Positions 61,729 to 64,000 of a stretch of 64,000 nt of DNA are shown here, one piece after another. The position numbers were made by a program, and so were the translations under genes. Below the pieces are notes generated by a model. That model did no database searches. It had not been told where the DNA came from and saw only the letters and a program-made list of their open reading frames with translations. The stretch is from the NCBI GenBank assembly GCA_041494685.1, contig JBGQBE010000012.1, positions 1 to 64,000 of the forward strand, given 5' to 3'. Within the stretch, counting starts at the first letter, position 1. The number at the start of each line of letters is the position of its first letter. The DNA comes from Dehalococcoidia bacterium. Lineage in GTDB: Bacteria; Chloroflexota; Dehalococcoidia; DSTF01; JACRBR01.

Positions 61729-64000
61729 CTAGCAGCGCGTGTAGCCGCAGCTGTGGCAGACGTAGCAGCCTTCCGCGAACACGAGCACCGCGCCGCAGTC
61801 AGGACAGCCGATGCCGGTCGATTGGGCGCCGAATGTCGAAGGGCGTGCGCCGGCCGGCGAGTGTGCGGGGTCGGCCGCCGCCGGCGGCGCCGGCTCGGCG
61901 ATCTCCTTCGCGCGCTTGCGGCTCGCGCGCGACGGCGCGGCGGGCGCGGCATCGTGCGCCGTGGCAGGCGGTGCCAGGAATCGCAGCTCCAGCCAGCGGA
62001 AGATGTAATCGACCAGCGACGTGGCGCTGGGGATGCGAGGGTTCCCCGTCAGCCCCGCCGGCTCGAAGTGGACGCCGCGGAACTTCGCCACGAGGTTCTC
62101 CAGCGGCACGCCGTACTGCAGCGCGACCGACGTCAGCATCGCCACCGAGTCCATCAGTCCCCGGATCGTCGAACCCTCCTTCGAGATGTTGACGAAGATC
62201 TCGCCCGGCGCGCCCTCCTCGTACAGGCCGACGGTGATGTAGCCCTCCTGCTCGCCGACGCGGAACTTGTGCGTGATCGAGCGCCGCTCGTCCGGCAGGT
62301 GGCGCCGGTACGGGTGTCCCGCCGGCCGCGGCTCGGTCGATGACTCCGGCGCCGGGTGCGCGCCCTCGGGCAGCAGCTCCGCGATGCCCAGCGCCACCTG
62401 CGCCGCCGCGGCTTCCGCCTGCTCGGGCCCGCGCGCCGTCGCGTGCGACAGCACCTGCTGGTCGCGCGAGCCGTCGCGGTACACGGTGATGCCCTTGCAG
62501 CCCTCGCGGTACGCCAGCAGGTACGCGCGCTCCACGTCGTCCGGCGTGGCCGCGGCGCGGAAGTTGATCGTCTTGCTCACCGCGTTGTCGGTGTGGCGCT
62601 GGAACGCCGCCTGCATGCGCACGTGCCACTCCGGGTCGATGTCGTGCGACGTGACGAAGACGCGCTTCGCCCAGTCGGGCACGTCGTCGCGCTCCGCCAG
62701 CGCGCCGCCCTCCGCCAGGTACGAAATCAGCTCGTCGCTATAGAACCCCTCCTGCCGCGCGATCGCCAGGAACGTAGCGTTGACCTCCGGCAGGCGCGTC
62801 GCCTTCGACGGGTCCTTGCGGTCCAGGTAGTGCTGGCGCATGAACGCCAGCGCAAACGCCGGCTCGATACCGCCCGAGCAGTCGGCGATGATACTGAGCG
62901 TGCCCGTCGGCGCGACCGTGGTGCGCGTGGCGTTGCGGTAGCGGGGGCCGCTGCGCGGGTCGCCGCTCGCCGGGTCGTAGATGGAGCCGTGCCACGCGGG
63001 GAAGACGCCGCGCTCCAGCGCCAGCGCCTCCGACGCGCGGTCCGCGTGCTCCTGCACGAACGCCATCAGCCTGCCCGCCATCTCTGCCGCCTCGTCGGAG
63101 TCGTACTTGATGCGGAGCTGGAACAGCAGGTCCGCCCAGCCCATCACGCCCAGGCCGATCTTGCGCGTCCGCTTCGTCATCGCCTCGATCTCGTCGATCG
63201 GATAGCGGTTCTGGTCGATCACGTCGTCCAGGAAACGCACGCACGCGGGGATCGCCGCCGCCAGCGCGTCCCAGTCGAAGACTGGCGCTGCCGCCGGCGC
63301 GCGCCTCGTGCGGCGGCCGTTCTTCGGCGGCGCCGCGTTATCGGCGGCGCGCGCGAACCGCGCCAGGTTGATCGAGCCGAGGTTGCAGGACTCGTACGGC
63401 AAGAGCGGTTGCTCGCCGCACTGGGCCGTTACGATGCCGCCCGCGGTGATCGTGTGTGTCACGGGCTCGGTGGTGTCGTACGCCGCCTCGCGCCCCGCGT
63501 GCTCGATTGAAGCGATGGTGGTCTCGTAGCGTGACCGGTTGGATGTGCGCGCTTTGCCGCCGATGAACTCCAGGAGACGGGCTTGCTTCCGCGGCGAAAG
63601 GAACCCGATCTCGCGCGCAAAGATGTCGCGGCTCTCGCCGTCGACGATCAACTCGTACTGCGCGCGGTGCGCGTAGTCTCGGGTGCTGCCGCGTCCGTCC
63701 GGCATCGGTCGCGTGCCGGCGGCGCGGCGCAGGTGGAGCTTCGATTCGATGCCGAAGTTCGCGAGCAGCAGCTGCACCTCGCGCAGCAACGTCTCGTCCG
63801 ACTGCGCCAGCCGTACGCTGCACGACTTCTTTGACGGCGTATGGTTCACCGTCCCGTCTGCCGCGAATAACGCCTGCAGGTACCCGACGACCATCTCCCG
63901 TGTGCCCTGCCAGACCGTCTCGGGCACGCGCAGCTTCGTCGCGGCAGTCACGCCGGCGCGTTCGACCACCCGCATCAGCCGCACCGACCGCACGTCGCTG
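61729..64000 (-). CDS. nrdJ: class II (adenosylcobalamin-dependent) ribonucleotide reductase, 5'-partial, with intein
   Basis: CGEQPL...CNLGSINL, RKIGLGVMG, APTGT, VSKTIN, KGITVYRDGSR, TSCPD-like domain and C-terminal CPDC..CHSC. Confidence 0.93.
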   Translation of the reverse strand, partial: SDVRSVRLMRVVERAGVTAATKLRVPETVWQGTREMVVGYLQALFAADGTVNHTPSKKSCSVRLAQSDETLLREVQLLLANFGIESKLHLRRAAGTRPMPDGRGSTRDYAHRAQYELIVDGESRDIFAREIGFLSPRKQARLLEFIGGKARTSNRSRYETTIASIEHAGREAAYDTTEPVTHTITAGGIVTAQCGEQPLLPYESCNLGSINLARFARAADNAAPPKNGRRTRRAPAAAPVFDWDALAAAIPACVRFLDDVIDQNRYPIDEIEAMTKRTRKIGLGVMGWADLLFQLRIKYDSDEAAEMAGRLMAFVQEHADRASEALALERGVFPAWHGSIYDPASGDPRSGPRYRNATRTTVAPTGTLSIIADCSGGIEPAFALAFMRQHYLDRKDPSKATRLPEVNATFLAIARQEGFYSDELISYLAEGGALAERDDVPDWAKRVFVTSHDIDPEWHVRMQAAFQRHTDNAVSKTINFRAAATPDDVERAYLLAYREGCKGITVYRDGSRDQQVLSHATARGPEQAEAAAAQVALGIAELLPEGAHPAPESSTEPRPAGHPYRRHLPDERRSITHKFRVGEQEGYITVGLYEEGAPGEIFVNISKEGSTIRGLMDSVAMLTSVALQYGVPLENLVAKFRGVHFEPAGLTGNPRIPSATSLVDYIFRWLELRFLAPPATAHDAAPAAPSRASRKRAKEIAEPAPPAAADPAHSPAGARPSTFGAQSTGIGCPDCGAVLVFAEGCYVCHSCGYTRC
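63421..64000 (-). mobile_element. intein with LAGLIDADG homing endonuclease (C-terminal part)
   Basis: YLQALFAADG LAGLIDADG motif, block F AYDTTEPVTH, ends GIVTAQ directly before extein CGEQPL. Confidence 0.88.

Overview
High-GC bacterial chromosomal window, mostly housekeeping genes: modABC, ispF-cysE-cysS, usp-trkA-trkA-pheA, pheST, nfo, aspS, secG, lemA-htpX, htrA, tatA, a stand-alone nuoB, Fur/Zur-metal ABC, ECF sigma/anti-sigma, bioY, dnaG-rpoD and the 3' part of an intein-containing class II ribonucleotide reductase. Gene content and order suggest Chloroflexota, probably Dehalococcoidia-like (inference only). Accessory elements are a complete but frameshifted IS1595-family element (39703-41823) carrying a DUF3800-like cargo gene, a second divergent DUF3800-like gene (22936-23709) that keeps a 52-nt fragment of the same element, a BrnT-like/RHH toxin-antitoxin pair with a perfect palindromic operator, heptamer-armed palindromic repeats and GTAG-type REP-like repeats. 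The most interesting unannotated signals are: a leader-peptide/terminator/antiterminator attenuator in front of tandem RimJ/RimL-type acetyltransferases; the IS1595-DUF3800 cargo module sitting in heptamer palindromes at two loci; a rod-like 6S-type or switch RNA between ispF and cysE; a two-hairpin anti-Shine-Dalgarno sRNA candidate upstream of bioY; and an RNR intein ending in Ala-Gln. No rRNA, tRNA or CRISPR array was seen. Many starts were moved from the ORF track by eye, and all family assignments come from motif recognition, not database searches.
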